From Thraustochytrium aureum (Eukaryota), in assembly GCA_012862495.1 (NCBI GenBank), contig BLSG01000404.1, positions 1 through 58,215 on the forward strand: a stretch of DNA of 58,215 nucleotides. The letters are read 5' to 3'. The number at the start of each line of letters is the position of its first letter. The first letter of the stretch is position 1. The notes beneath the pieces were generated by a model that was not told where the DNA came from, did no database searches, and was given only the letters and a program-made list of their open reading frames with translations. Below, piece by piece: positions 35,619-47,348 of the stretch. The position numbers and the translations under genes are program-made.

Positions 35619-36422
35619 AGCGGTCCTGCGCGGCGAACTTTTATCGTCGTGTTTGGCCTCAGTGGTCGGTCTGGAGTGAGAGCAGCCACATGAAGTGAAG
35701 TGAACATTGATTATTTTGTCAAACCAATGTTGTGGTCCCCCGTCTGCGGCTGCCTGTCGCAGTCCAAGCACCGTCGATCCAACTGCCTGTCGCAGACCAA
35801 AGCAACGCCAATCCAACTGGATCCGAGAAATCCTCCAGCCTTGCCCTCCGACTCGGGCCGCGAACGTCTCCTGCTACAGAAGACGATGACGACGACGACG
35901 GCTATTTCTCCTCGTCAACTCGCCGATAACGAACGACTCGGACAGACTGCTCCGCAGAGAGATGTACTTGAGTAGGTATGTAGGGCCGCGACAGATTGCG
36001 CGCGAGTCCGGCTTGACGATCACATCCGAGACCGAACCCCGGGCTGTCGAGCGACCTGATAGAGTTGAGGGCATGGCCGGCTGCGTACAAGGAGGATGAC
36101 CGCGCTGCTGGCAAGCGGCACTTGACAAAGTTGCGGGCGCGGAGAAGGAGGGATCAGTTTGGTTAGGGTCTGTGTTTTGGGTTTTGCGGGTTTTCGAGGC
36201 GCGCTTGTTCGAGTCGCGCAGAGTGCGTTTCTGGTCTGCCGTGAGCAACACGAATACTCCACCAACGGCCCGTTCCGCGCGGCTCGACTCCGATCTCGGC
36301 TGCGCTGGCGAGCGAGAGCGACCTAAGGTCGCGGAGACGGTGTGCTCCACGGCGCACGTGCGGACGTTGCGCTGGGCGGGGCCTGCCAGCTGAAACAGGG
36401 CGCCAGATGAAGAAGAAACTAA

Positions 36423-38039
36423 CTAGCGGATATCGGAGCCCCCGGGGAAGAGCAAGCTCGTGCCCAAGCGCGAGCCGTCCTTGTTCTTGGGGCCGGGGAA
36501 CACGTTCCAAAATCGAAGGGTCTCGTCGCCCGCACCAGTGCAAATCGTCTGGCCATCTGGGCTCATACTGAGGTACAGCACGCGGTAGGTGTGGCCAGTT
36601 AGTGTGGCAACCTTGCTCATGGTCGGGTACTTCCAGACGATGATCTGGTTGAGCGAGTAGCCGTGGGTGCTGACCACCTCGTTGACGTTTTTGGACCACA
36701 TGAGGCCGCAGACCTGGCTTCCCGTGTCAATACAGTTGAGCGGGGTGCCAGTTAGCGTGTTCCAAAAGCGGATGCAGCGGCACGCGGTCCCGCCGCCCGA
36801 GGCGAGCAGCCCATGCTGGTGCGGCGACCAAGCAATGGCCTTGACAGCAGCGGTGTGGTCTGTAAACCGGCTGACAGGGTTGGGGCTCTTGACGTTCCAA
36901 ATGAACAGCTTGTTGTCGTTCCCGCCACTTGCCAGCTGCGTGTCGTCAAAGCTCCACTTGAGGCCGCAAACCTCCTGCTTGTGGCCGACGAGCTTGGAGG
37001 TGTAGTAGTCGGGCACGCGCACGTCGCGCTGGAAGATGAGCCGGTCGCGCGACCCGGACGCCAGCACGTGGGCGTTCCAAGCCAGAGCGCCGACCCTCGC
37101 CGCGTGCCCGCCCATCATGCGGATCTTCTTGCACTTGGTGGCATCCCAGATCTGCACTTCGCCGTGGTTGGTGCCCACCGCGAGGTGCATGCCTCGCTGG
37201 GTCCAGGCCACGGACGTGACACAGTCGTCCGGGCCCAAGTCGCAGAGTTTGGTCACCTTGCTGGTGCAGGCGCTCCACAGATAGACGCACGACCCTAGGC
37301 CGACCGCGAGTACGTTCATGGAGCTCCAGTCCACGAGATTCAGGTAAAAGTCGTCCTGCAACTGCGGTGCGTCCAGCACCTTGAACGGCGTCTTGCTGAT
37401 CTTGCGTTTGGCCTTGCGCGGGCTGGAGAGGAGCCCGTGCGACGCTGTCCCGATTGGCGAGAGTGAGAAAGACTTTTTCAGGTCCAGTGCCGTTTGCCGC
37501 GGGGCCTTGAAGCGGAACAGGTTGCGTGCGGGGCTGGTCGTTGTAAACTTGCCGGGGCTGACGCCGTCGGGGACCCCGTCTTTGCCCTCGCCAGTGCCTG
37601 GCGACGTGCTTGCGGAGGCGCCGGTGGCGCCCGATTGGGACCGCGCGGGGGACGCGTCGCAGCCCAGGAGCTCGCTCCGGAGCAGCATAGAGTAGGTGGA
37701 GAATCCCTCCTTGCCGGCGTCCTGGCCAGCCGCAGAGCTGCTTGCGGCGCCGGCCGCCCCGCCGGCCCCAGTCGCCCCGGCCTGCTGGTTCTTTGAGGCG
37801 CTGCCAGGCGCGTCCTCGCCTAGTAAGGTGAACCCCGTCTCCAGCTGCGTCCCAGACCGGCTCGGGATGAACCTGTCGCTGTACACCGACCGCTCGCGCT
37901 TCGGGGTCCCTGTCGTGTTGGAGAGGAGGCTCTTGCGCCTGCCTGGCGACGGCCTGAACTGGTGCCCTGGGCTCTTGAGCCGTGCTTCATAGTTGCTGTC
38001 GAGCCCATGGGCCGGCGACGACGGCGGGCTGAACGCCAT
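36423..38039 (-). CDS. FZR1: APC/C co-activator Cdh1/fizzy-related
   Basis: C-box DRFIP, many SP/TP CDK sites, PFKVLDAPQLQDDFYLNLVDWS, WD40 repeats, C-terminal IR tail. Confidence 0.95.
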   Translation of the reverse strand: MAFSPPSSPAHGLDSNYEARLKSPGHQFRPSPGRRKSLLSNTTGTPKRERSVYSDRFIPSRSGTQLETGFTLLGEDAPGSASKNQQAGATGAGGAAGAASSSAAGQDAGKEGFSTYSMLLRSELLGCDASPARSQSGATGASASTSPGTGEGKDGVPDGVSPGKFTTTSPARNLFRFKAPRQTALDLKKSFSLSPIGTASHGLLSSPRKAKRKISKTPFKVLDAPQLQDDFYLNLVDWSSMNVLAVGLGSCVYLWSACTSKVTKLCDLGPDDCVTSVAWTQRGMHLAVGTNHGEVQIWDATKCKKIRMMGGHAARVGALAWNAHVLASGSRDRLIFQRDVRVPDYYTSKLVGHKQEVCGLKWSFDDTQLASGGNDNKLFIWNVKSPNPVSRFTDHTAAVKAIAWSPHQHGLLASGGGTACRCIRFWNTLTGTPLNCIDTGSQVCGLMWSKNVNEVVSTHGYSLNQIIVWKYPTMSKVATLTGHTYRVLYLSMSPDGQTICTGAGDETLRFWNVFPGPKNKDGSRLGTSLLFPGGSDIR

Positions 38040-38975
38040 GCGCCCAGCTTGGCGCGCGCCCTCGACCTCTACCGTCTCAGACCANNNNNNNNNNNNNNNN
38101 NNNNNNNNNNNNNNNNNNNNNNNNNNNNNNNNNNNNNNNNNNNNNNNNNNNNNNNNNNNNNNNNNNNNNNNNNNNNNNNNNNNNNNNNNNNNNNNNNNNN
38201 NNNNNNNNNNNNNNNNNNNNNNNNNNNNNNNNNNNNNNNNNNNNNNNNNNNNNNNNNNNNNNNNNNNNNNNNNNNNNNNNNNNNNNNNNNNNNNNNNNNN
38301 NNNNNNNNNNNNNNNNNNNNNNNNNNNNNNNNNNNNNNNNNNNNNNNNNNNNNNNNCTGGGTCGATGGAGCAGCTCGATGGCCGCGGGCGAGGAGCACGA
38401 CGGGCAGGCCCGCGCCGCTGGCGCTCCTGGCCCGGCCTAGCCTGAGCGAGCGGCCGGCCGAGCGTCCGCGAGGGACTGCGCGCCTTGGGGCGGAGCTGTT
38501 GAGGCTGTTGTGGGATGGAGCGGTGGAGGAGGTGTGGGATTGATGGGACCGCGTGGGGAGGTGCCGCGCGAGGGCGGAGTTGCACCGGCCTGCGACGCTG
38601 GTCTTCGCGGCAGGAGGCGCCGGGGCGGGTGGCGCTGCTGTCGGCTGCGCAGAACTCCTCGGCACTCGGGCGCTGCCCGGGGCGCGTGGAGGGATCGGCT
38701 GAATGGGAGTTACCGTTTCGGGCCGTCGACCTAACTGAAGGTTAGGGCCGCGCGCCAAGGCGTTTTGGCCGGGCTCTTGGGCCCGAGCGCGGGACTGGGT
38801 TACGGGATCAGTTTAGTCAACAGTGTTTTGGCTAGGCCCGCTAACTCGTGCGCCTGCGCGAGGTTGTGTCGCGGTTTGCGGCTCGACGGCTGGTCAAGCT
38901 TGGTCTCTCTCGAGCCCGCGAGACCAAGCCGCGCACCTCGCTGGGAACGCGCAGGGCCGACATTCTACCGAGTAG

Positions 38976-39668
38976 CTAGGTGATCATCGCGCCCCGCGCC
39001 GAGCCGCAGTCGGCGGCCTCCGGCTCGCGGTGCGCCATGTAGCTCAAAAACGTCGTCCAAAGCAAACTAGTCGCGATTGTGGGGAGCACGCGCAAATGCT
39101 GCGGCACAAACATAAAGTTGAGCAGGTTGGTCGGTACCCAGACGAGGCAACTCGTTCGAAGTATGGTTGGCGTGTCCTCCGTGAGCTTGCGCACAAGCTC
39201 GCGGCCGATCTGCCCCTGCGCCTCCGCCCAGGTGCGCGCCTTGTCCTTCGGCGCAAGCGCATTCTCCAGCACCTTGGTGTACACCACAAAGCACGCGTTG
39301 ATGGGGAGCACGACGACCACCTGGTTGATAGCTACTTTCAACGCTGCAGCGCGCAGCGATGATCCGGGGAACCTACGGTCAAGCGTGCGAAACCACACGA
39401 AGAACACCGGCGCGAAAACCAATCCATTCCAGCTCGCCGTTACCATATTGCGCCTCCAGTCGAAGCCAGCCGGCCCCCACAGTCCCTGGGCCCCCTCTAC
39501 TAGGTCCCCCTGCTGCCGCCGCGCGACCCTCGAGGCACGCTTCGTCACCTCGAGCCGCTGAGCGGATGCGTCACCAAGGCACATGACGGTCGCCGAGGTG
39601 GCCGCGCTTGTCAACAGAGGCCGGGCCACCATAGCGCCAGAGTAGGAGCGCCAGAGCCGGGCCGCCAT
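38976..39668 (-). CDS. Mpv17/PMP22 family membrane protein
   Basis: RPLLT..GDASAQ, FDWRR, WFRTLDRRFP, KVAINQ, VWVPTNLLNFMFVP..LWTTFLS. Confidence 0.9.
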   Translation of the reverse strand: MAARLWRSYSGAMVARPLLTSAATSATVMCLGDASAQRLEVTKRASRVARRQQGDLVEGAQGLWGPAGFDWRRNMVTASWNGLVFAPVFFVWFRTLDRRFPGSSLRAAALKVAINQVVVVLPINACFVVYTKVLENALAPKDKARTWAEAQGQIGRELVRKLTEDTPTILRTSCLVWVPTNLLNFMFVPQHLRVLPTIATSLLWTTFLSYMAHREPEAADCGSARGAMIT

Positions 39669-39895
39669 CGTGGCGCGGGAACCGCGCGGCGCGCACCGTT
39701 GCGTCGGCACAGACCAGGAAACGGCCTGCGTTCTGGGCCTGGCCGCATTCTATTCTGAAGGAGCGGTTGATTGAACAAAAACGACAAGGATCGGACGCAG
39801 GACGCGGCAACTCAAGTGGTCGAAGCGCCTGCCAGGCAGCTAGCTCGCTCCCGCTTGCGTCGGCGCGCAAGCCCGTTAGAAACAATTCCTCTCAA

Positions 39896-41151
39896 TTAGA
39901 TGTCCAGCTCCCCCTCTTCCTCCGCCTCCCCGTCCGCGGCCGCCTCAGCCGCCTCGTCAGCCGCCACGTCAGCGGCCTCGTCAGCCGCCTGGTCAGCGGC
40001 CTCGTCAGCGGCCTCGTCAGCCTCGTCGCGCTCCAGCGCAGAGTCAAGCACCGCGTCGCTCGCGTCTTCGTCCTCGTCCAGGTCCTCGTCCAAGTCCTCG
40101 ACCTCGTCCTCCTCGTCCTCCTCGAGAATCTGCTTTTCGAGCTCTTCCAGCTTGGGAATGGCCTTCTCGATGGCCTCCTGGTCGATGGCGGCCTGGTCGC
40201 TGAGCAGCTTGCCGTCGTACAGCTCGGAGAGAAAGTCCATCTGCTGCGCGTACAGCTCGTCGAACTCGGTCGGCTGCTGCGCGCACCAGTACCCGAACGC
40301 GACGAGCAGCACAAATCCGGCGGCGCGAAAGTAGATACTGGTGGCCAGGTCGTCCCCCTTGGAAAAGGAGAAAACCGGCCGAAACGAGTCCATTACGCCG
40401 AGGTCCTCGTCGAAAAAGTTGGGCAGGATCCAAACGTCAAACCCGATGCACCAAAACACGATAAAGACGATCAGCCGGATCGTGAAGAGCACAAACAGAA
40501 AGATCAGCAACGTCACAGAAAAGTACCAGATGCCGACCTTGGCAGTGGCCGGCCAGATCGGGAACAGGCACATCGCGGCGATTGCAAAGACAAGAACGCC
40601 AAGCATCACGTTACGCATCGTCTTGGAGCCTTCGTAGATCCATGTGTAGTATCCGTCGTCCGAAAAGGCCAACGTCCGAATGGGCCGAAGCTCGCGCTTC
40701 TTCTTGTCAGCGACCTCAGACGCGTGAATGAGGCCCATGCGCAACAGCGCCACGCCGACTAGCCGGGCCTCGTCCTCGCTGTTGCACTCGGGCTTGTTCT
40801 TGGCCCCCGCGGCCGCCGGCCCGAGCAGCACCTCCAACAGCTTGCGCCCCCGAAAGTAGTTGACGCGTTTGCTCAGCTGCAGCGCCTCGCGCAGCGGGAT
40901 ATTCGCGTGCAAAAACTTGGCATAGCGTTTCACCTGCTGCTCGTCCTGGAGCTTCTCGGCCAGCTCCGTGCAGGCCCCGCCCTTGGCAGTGACGCCCGTT
41001 GCAGCATNNNNNNNNNNNNNNNNNNNNNNNNNNNNNNNNNNNNNNNNNNNNNNNNNNNNNNNNNNNNNNNNNNNNNNNNNNNNNNNNNNNNNNNNNNNNN
41101 NNNNNNNNNNNNNNNNNNNNNNNNNNNNNNNNNNGCATCGCTGTCGCCCAT
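39896..41151 (-). CDS. SEC62: Translocation protein Sec62 (5' part crosses gap 41008-41134; start tentative)
   Basis: VNYFRG, YYTWIYEG, LFPIWP, RLIVF..VWILPNFFDE..VMDSFRP, two TM segments, acidic tail. Candidate ATG at 41151. Confidence 0.88.
39940..40030. repeat. 12-bp coding tandem repeat (ADEA)n in the Sec62 tail
   Basis: Repeated gcggcctcgtca / gccgcctcgtca units. Confidence 0.8.
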
Positions 41152-42009
41152 CGCGCCCTTTTTTGTGCGCGAAACCCCACTGGTTTTCGACCGCTTTCCA
41201 GCGTCGATCGCAACCTCTGCGGCCGCGCCCCTCGCACCAAAGACTTCTCCGCGCTGCTCTCCAATCGTGTTCTGCCGCGAAATCCTTCCGACTCTGCCCT
41301 GCCTGCCTGCTTGCCTGCCTGCTTCTCGAAGGCCAGCGTGGCGACACCGACCTGCGAGCCGCGCCAGAGCACGTCACTCTACCGTCTACATGACGAACTA
41401 CTATCGTCACTTGGTCGCTAACGTTACGCGTGTACTCGCGCGCGAGCGAACGCCGCAGCGCCGCACGTCAGTCCTCCGCCTCTGTGACGTGAATTGTACC
41501 GTCGCTTTTGCAAGCTTTTGGGCTGAGAATACAGCGTTGAACGCACGTCATTAGACCGACTATGTGACGTAAATACTCTCGTCATTCACGGTGTCCAGGT
41601 GACCCGCCATCGGTCGCGAAGCGGCGCACGGCTGTTTGCGCGTCACCGCTCCGTCTATTCGACGAAAGAGGCGAGTCACGAAGGCTCCAACAGTGACGTG
41701 AGGTGCAGGCAGCGTTTTGAATGTCGGAGGATGGATACGGCCAACCGCCCAGGCCGCAGACAACAGGAGAGCAACAGCTGCAGCGGCGGCAGCGGAGGCG
41801 GCGAAGCTGCGGGAGGGCTCTGTAGCTCGCTGCGGGAAGGCGTATTTGGAGACTGCGCTGGCGCCCCGCACGCGCGGCTTCCTTGCTCGGTGGCTTCCTC
41901 GCTTGGTGGCTTCGACGTGCTGCCCGTAGTTGGCCCGATCGCTTGAGGCCGTTCTGCTCGTTGGGGACCACGGCTCGCGCCCGGACCCCACGGACGAACG
42001 GGCGCGGCA

Positions 42010-43161
42010 ATGGCTGCTGTGGACACGAACCAGCCTGTGGTGATTGATAATGGCACAGGCGTGATTAAGGCAGGGTTTGCAGGCGGCGACACGCCAAAAG
42101 TCAAGTTTCCGAGCCTGGTTGGCAAGCCGAGGCACCTGCGCGTGATGCTGCAAACAAAGCTCGAGGGCGACACCTTCGTGGGGAAAACCGCGGAAGAGCA
42201 CCGAGGCGTGCTGAGCCTCTCGTACCCGATGGAGCACGGCGTGGTGACGAACTGGGAAAACATGGAGAAGATTTGGTCGCACGTTTACAGCGCAGAAAAC
42301 CTTGACATTTCGAGCGAGGAGCACCCCGTGCTGCTCACAGAGGCCCCACTCAACCCCAGGTCGCACCGCGAGCGCGCTGCGGAGGTGTTCTTTGAGACAT
42401 TTAACGCCCCCGCGCTGTTTGTGTCCCCGCAGGCGACGCTGAGTTTGTATGCTTCTGGAAGCACGACCGGCGTGGTGCTCGATTCTGGCGACGGCGTCAC
42501 GCACTGCGTGCCCGTTTATGAGGGCTTTACGATGCCCCACGCTATCACGCGCATGGATGTCGCCGGGCGCGACGTTACCGAGTACCTGATGCTGCTGCTC
42601 CGCAAGGCGGGCTATGCGTTCCACACGTCGGCGGAGCGCGAGGTAGTTAAGGCCATCAAGGAGCAGGCTTGCTACGTGGCGTTCAACCCCGCCAAGGAGG
42701 AGCGCCTTGAGCTCGAGCACCACAACGCGGCCCACACGTTCAAGCTGCCGGACGGCACTGCGATTGAGCTGGGCCCAGAGCGGTTTCGCGCCCCAGAGGT
42801 GCTCTTCAAGCCAAGCCTCATCGGTCTCGAGTACGCCGGCGCCCAGCACTGCATCGTCGACTCGATTTTCAAGGCCGACTTGGACATTCGCAAAGTGCTG
42901 CTGTCGCAAATCGTGCTGGCCGGTGGCTCGACCATGTTTCCCGGGTTTGGCGACCGCATGCTCAACGAGGTGCGCAAGGCCACGCCAAAGTCGACCGTCT
43001 CGGGGATGAAGATCCGGATTCGGGCCCCTCCCAATCGGGACCAGTTGACCTGGATTGGGGGCTCGATCCTCGCCTCGCTCGCGGCGTTCAAGTCAATGTG
43101 GGTGTCCAAGCAAGACTTTGAGGAGCATGGCGCATCGATTTTGCACGCTCGTAGCATCTGA
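42010..43161 (+). CDS. ACTR1: Centractin / actin-related protein 1 (dynactin filament)
   Basis: [60 protein letters not shown] are Arp1-type rather than actin. Confidence 0.92.
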   Translation: MAAVDTNQPVVIDNGTGVIKAGFAGGDTPKVKFPSLVGKPRHLRVMLQTKLEGDTFVGKTAEEHRGVLSLSYPMEHGVVTNWENMEKIWSHVYSAENLDISSEEHPVLLTEAPLNPRSHRERAAEVFFETFNAPALFVSPQATLSLYASGSTTGVVLDSGDGVTHCVPVYEGFTMPHAITRMDVAGRDVTEYLMLLLRKAGYAFHTSAEREVVKAIKEQACYVAFNPAKEERLELEHHNAAHTFKLPDGTAIELGPERFRAPEVLFKPSLIGLEYAGAQHCIVDSIFKADLDIRKVLLSQIVLAGGSTMFPGFGDRMLNEVRKATPKSTVSGMKIRIRAPPNRDQLTWIGGSILASLAAFKSMWVSKQDFEEHGASILHARSI

Positions 43162-43658
43162 ACTGAGCAGTGCGCGCTGGTCCTTGGGCGCCGCGGCCTG
43201 AGTAGTAGAAACCTATGCCCCAGAGCTCTTGCTCTTGCGCGAGCCAGGCAGCCATCCAGCGAGCCAGGCGGTGGCGAGCGAGGAGTCGCGCGTGCGTGGC
43301 CACGGAGTAGTTTGTTGGCTATGTCCAAGGAGAAAGGCAGAGAGAGCACTTGTGAAGTTCCGTCCATCGCAACCTGCATGCATGTCCGCCTGGCCGCCCG
43401 CCCGCCCGCCCGCCCGCCCGAGACCAGAGCGCGCGCCAGTCGGCTTGCAGAGCCTGACGTTCCAGCTCGAGCTCGCAAGNGAAATCGTGCTGCTCGGTGC
43501 TTCGAGGAGGGTTGGCGCGCCCAAGAGGGTGGAGCGAGGAGAGCCCCACTCGGAAACGGCCGTGTGCTGGTGGTGGTGGAGGACGCTTTGCTCGCTGGCC
43601 GCAGGTCCGAGACGCAGTGCGCCACTCTCCAAGTTGACACACGGGCGGCGGCGGCGCG

Positions 43659-44843
43659 ATGCTCGGGCGACGCGTGGTGGTGGGCATCTCGGGCGGCGTG
43701 GACTCGTCCGTGGCCGCCCTGCTTCTGAAACGCGCCAAGCAGTTCGAGCGCGTGGAAGGCGTGTTCATGCGGAATTGGGAGCCGGGTGACGAGTCCGGCG
43801 ACTCGTACACCTGCCCGGCGGCGCGGGACTTTGCGGACGCGCAGCGGGTCTGCGAGGAGATTGGGATACCGCTGCACCGAGCCGACTTTGTGAAAGAGTA
43901 CTGGAACAACGTCTTTGAGCCGTACCTGGAGCGGTTCAAGGGCGGCGGGACGCCCAACCCCGACGTGTTTTGCAACAAGGAAATCAAGTTCAAGTGCTTC
44001 AAGGCGTTCGTGCACGACGCGTTCGGGCCCGAGACCCACCTGGCGACCGGCCACTATGCCCGCGTGTCGCAGCGGCTGGACGACCCTGCGGCGCCCCCGC
44101 GGCTGCTTCGTGGCCTCGACCCTGACAAGGACCAGTCGTACTTTTTGTGCGCAGTCCCGGGCGAGGCGCTGCGAAACGTTCACTTCCCGGTAGGCGAGCT
44201 GCGCAAGTCGCGTGTGCGCGAAATCGCCCAGGAGGCTGGGCTGAGCACGGCAACCAAGAAGGACAGTGTGGGCATCTGCTTTATTGGGAAACGGCGATTC
44301 TCCGACTTTATTTCCGACTACATCGTCAACGAGCCCGGGCGCTTTGTTGACCTCTCGGGCCGCGACCTTGGCCCGCACGACGGCATGCACGCCTACACGC
44401 TTGGCCAGCGCGCAAACATTGGCGGTGCTGCCTCAAAGATGTTTGTCGCTGCCAAAGACGTAGAATCGGGAACGATCACAGTGGTCGCCGGCGCTGACAA
44501 CCCGGCGCTCCTCTCCTCTGCGCTTCGAGTGCAGGGCGCGCAGATGTTTTGGGTTGCGGGGAGTCCACCATACCACCTCCTCGACGGCGAGCGCAAGTTC
44601 CATTGCCTCTGCCGGGTGCGCTACAGGCAGCCGATGGTGGCTTGCACTGTGACGGTGCCCGAGGGGGCGGATGGCTTCGTCCACGTCGCTTTTGACCGTC
44701 CGCAAGTGGCCGTCACGCCGCAGCAGATTGCCGCATTCTTCGTTGGTGACGAGTGCCTTGGCGGGGGCATCATCGACTCGAGCGAGCCGGTTGAGCTCCA
44801 CGCTGGGCCTTCCGAGTCGGAGAAGCGCTATGCTCTCGCTTGA
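43659..44843 (+). CDS. mnmA: tRNA 2-thiouridylase MnmA/TRMU (organellar type)
   Basis: ISGGVDS, NPDVFCNKEIKF, ATGHYA, KDQSYFL, KKDSVGICFIG, TLGQR, RVRYRQ. Confidence 0.95.
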   Translation: MLGRRVVVGISGGVDSSVAALLLKRAKQFERVEGVFMRNWEPGDESGDSYTCPAARDFADAQRVCEEIGIPLHRADFVKEYWNNVFEPYLERFKGGGTPNPDVFCNKEIKFKCFKAFVHDAFGPETHLATGHYARVSQRLDDPAAPPRLLRGLDPDKDQSYFLCAVPGEALRNVHFPVGELRKSRVREIAQEAGLSTATKKDSVGICFIGKRRFSDFISDYIVNEPGRFVDLSGRDLGPHDGMHAYTLGQRANIGGAASKMFVAAKDVESGTITVVAGADNPALLSSALRVQGAQMFWVAGSPPYHLLDGERKFHCLCRVRYRQPMVACTVTVPEGADGFVHVAFDRPQVAVTPQQIAAFFVGDECLGGGIIDSSEPVELHAGPSESEKRYALA

Positions 44844-44900
44844 TGATCAGTCGTGCCCAGCTTCGTCGAGAACGGTGAGGCGAGTGCGGCTCTCGAGGCC

Positions 44901-45419
44901 CTAGCCAGAGCTTTGCGGAAGCGCATCGAGCGGGAGGTCCTCGGCCCGCCCCCCAGCGAGCGCTGGAGCACCCTGCCCGAGCAGCTGGGCCAGCTCCACA
45001 GCGCGCTTCCGCGACAAGGTGCTCGCCAGGTCCTGCAGCCTGCGCTCTAGAAACTCTGGGAAGGGAAGCCTTCGTAGGTCTCCGTGCGCTGTTTGGGCGT
45101 TGCAGAGAGCGACCTTGACGCTTGCGTTGGCCGCCGTGTGGAGGACGATGATCTCCGCGACGTCGCAAAGCTTGAGGAAGGAGGCTGTCTCGAGCTCGGT
45201 CAGGTCGTGTTGGGCTGCAAATGCGCGCACCACGCGTGGCACGGCGCCAGACGAGTTCTGCAAGCTGGGCTGCGAGGCGCATCGACGTAGGAGGCGGATC
45301 TCGTTGGCGCGGTGTGTTTTGCTGCTGCGAAAAAGGCTTGTCCAGAGTGATTCGGGCCGCCTCAGCTCTAGGTTGAGTCGCTCAGCCGTCGCAAGCGTTT
45401 GGCGTTGGATCGCGGCCAT
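44901..45419 (-). CDS. Hypothetical helical protein (172 aa)
   Basis: ATG-initiated ORF with protein-like composition, convergent with mnmA. No motif recognised. Confidence 0.45.
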   Translation of the reverse strand: MAAIQRQTLATAERLNLELRRPESLWTSLFRSSKTHRANEIRLLRRCASQPSLQNSSGAVPRVVRAFAAQHDLTELETASFLKLCDVAEIIVLHTAANASVKVALCNAQTAHGDLRRLPFPEFLERRLQDLASTLSRKRAVELAQLLGQGAPALAGGRAEDLPLDALPQSSG

Positions 45420-46346
45420 CGCGGTTCGCTTCTCGCTCGAGCTAGTACTGACGTTTAGAGTCGCTGGAGCCGTCGTTGGTATCGTTTGTGTTGGTGTGTT
45501 AGGCTGTGTTCTGGGTTTGCTTCCGGCGAGCGCGGCGAGCGATGCAGCGGCTGAGCTTTAAAGGATCCTGTTTCATGCAGGACGGAGCCTCATGTCTGGC
45601 CCTGCTTCCACGGTAAGCGCATACCCAGGGGCTACCAAGTCCAAGTGACAGCTGCTCGAGCTAGAGTACCTACTGGTACTGGGGTCGGGAATTCTGCTGT
45701 TCAGCGCTCGCATCGCCGTGCCAACAGCAAAGCTGCGAGCCTGCGAGCCAGATTTGAGCTCCCAAATTCAGCGACCGATCAGGCACCTGCGCTGTCATGC
45801 TCGAAGCGCAAACTACGCACGTTTTTCTCGTTGTCGAACGCGCCACAAACAAATCCATTGGCGAAAGTGCCAATCGGTCCTTGGCCGAGCCGTCGAAAGC
45901 AAGCCCCTCCGACATGCCAACCGCATTCGCGCCGGCGGCCGTTCACAGACCGCCAGGGCGCCTCCGCCCCCGACAATCCGCTCGACGACTGAACCGCACC
46001 GCCTTCCCTCCACTACCTTGCCCCAATCGCTCCAAACTGCCACTCNNNNNNNNNNNNNNNNNNNNNNNNNNNNNNNNNNNNNNNNNNNNNNNNNNNNNNN
46101 NNNNNNNNNNNNNNNNNNNNNNNNNNNNNNNNNNNNNNNNNNNNNNNNNNNNNNNNNNNNNNNNNNNNNNNNNNNNNNNNNNNNNNNNNNNNNNNNNNNN
46201 NNNNNNNNNNNNNNNNNNNNNNNNNCCCGGTTTACGAGCACAGTGGAGGGCTCGATGCGCGAGCGGACGAGGACGAGTTAGTTCAGGACGCGAGCGGCGG
46301 CAGGAGCGAAACCTGCTTGCCGCCGCCGCCGTCGGTGGCGACGAGG

Positions 46347-47004
46347 ATGGCGGATGCGCGCGAGGCGGTCTCCGGGGCGGTGGTCGTGGGGCCCGGCGCT
46401 GTGGTTTGCGCCGATGTGGAGTTCTCAGGCCCGTTTCAGATCACGGTCGGCAGCGGCTCCGTGCTCGGACCGCGATGCGCCATTCGCGCCGTGGGCGGCC
46501 CCGTGGACCTCGGCGAGGACAACGTGCTGGAGGAGATGGTGGTGATTGAGTAAGTCTGGGAAAGCGGAATGGCAGACAACGTGCTGCGGCGGGCTGGGGC
46601 TGACGGCGCCGCGAAGGAATCCGGCGAGGGGGCTTGGGCAGGAGGCGGAGGCGCCAGCCTTGGTCGTGGGCGACAGAAACCTCTTCCAGGTCGGGGCGTG
46701 TGTGCAGAGCGAGAGCGTTGGCAGCTCGAACGTGTTTGAGATCAAAAGCGTTGCTCGGCCGGGCAGCTCGGTCGGGTCCGGCTGTGTTGTCGGCGTGACG
46801 GTAGAACTGCAGTCGGGCGAGCACCTGGAGGACGGCAACGTCGCCTTTCGCTGCGACTTGCTCGAGCCGAGCGTGCAAAAGCGACCTGCACGCGGGCTCG
46901 CCGCGCAGCACGACGCTCAAACCGCGCGCTATCTCGAGATTCTGCGCGATCCTGAGAGCAAGTCGGCGCTCAGTAAATACCACAAGCTCCGCGCTGCAGC
47001 TTGA
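46347..47004 (+). CDS. DCTN6: Dynactin subunit p27 (left-handed beta-helix); exons 46347-46549 and 46617-47004
   Basis: AVVCADVEFSG..ITVGSGSVLGPRCAIRA..GPVDLGEDNVLEE..IEN..LVVGDRNLFQVG..VGSSNVFE. Splicing restores the frame. Confidence 0.88.
46550..46616 (+). other. 67-nt GT-AG spliceosomal intron
   Basis: GTAAGT donor, GCTGAC branch site, AAG acceptor. Removal joins the two DCTN6 frames. Confidence 0.85.
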
Positions 47005-47348
47005 TCTGAATTCTGCTGCGGTGCTCTCCCGAGGCTGCTTGGAGCATGCGATGCGCTGAGTGGGAGGAGGAACCGCGCCCGTGGAAGGGCCGTTGCCCGT
47101 CGATGGCACGCTCCAGCTAGCTAGAGAGAGACGCGTTTGCCACACCGAAACCGAAACCACGACCACGACCACACGAAGGGTCGGCCTGCACTGACCCTCA
47201 AGGCCCCTTGTTTCTCGAGCGAGCAAGTATCGTATAGTTGTTAACATCGAGTCTACTTACTCCACGTTGCCCAAGCCAGGAACGGCATTCCCTACTTGGA
47301 CCACACGCACTCGAGCTCGCAAGAACAGCGAGCGGGTCGAGTTGGTCT

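Noticed and set aside
42010..43161. Conventional actin
   Set aside because: Diagnostic segments match Arp1.
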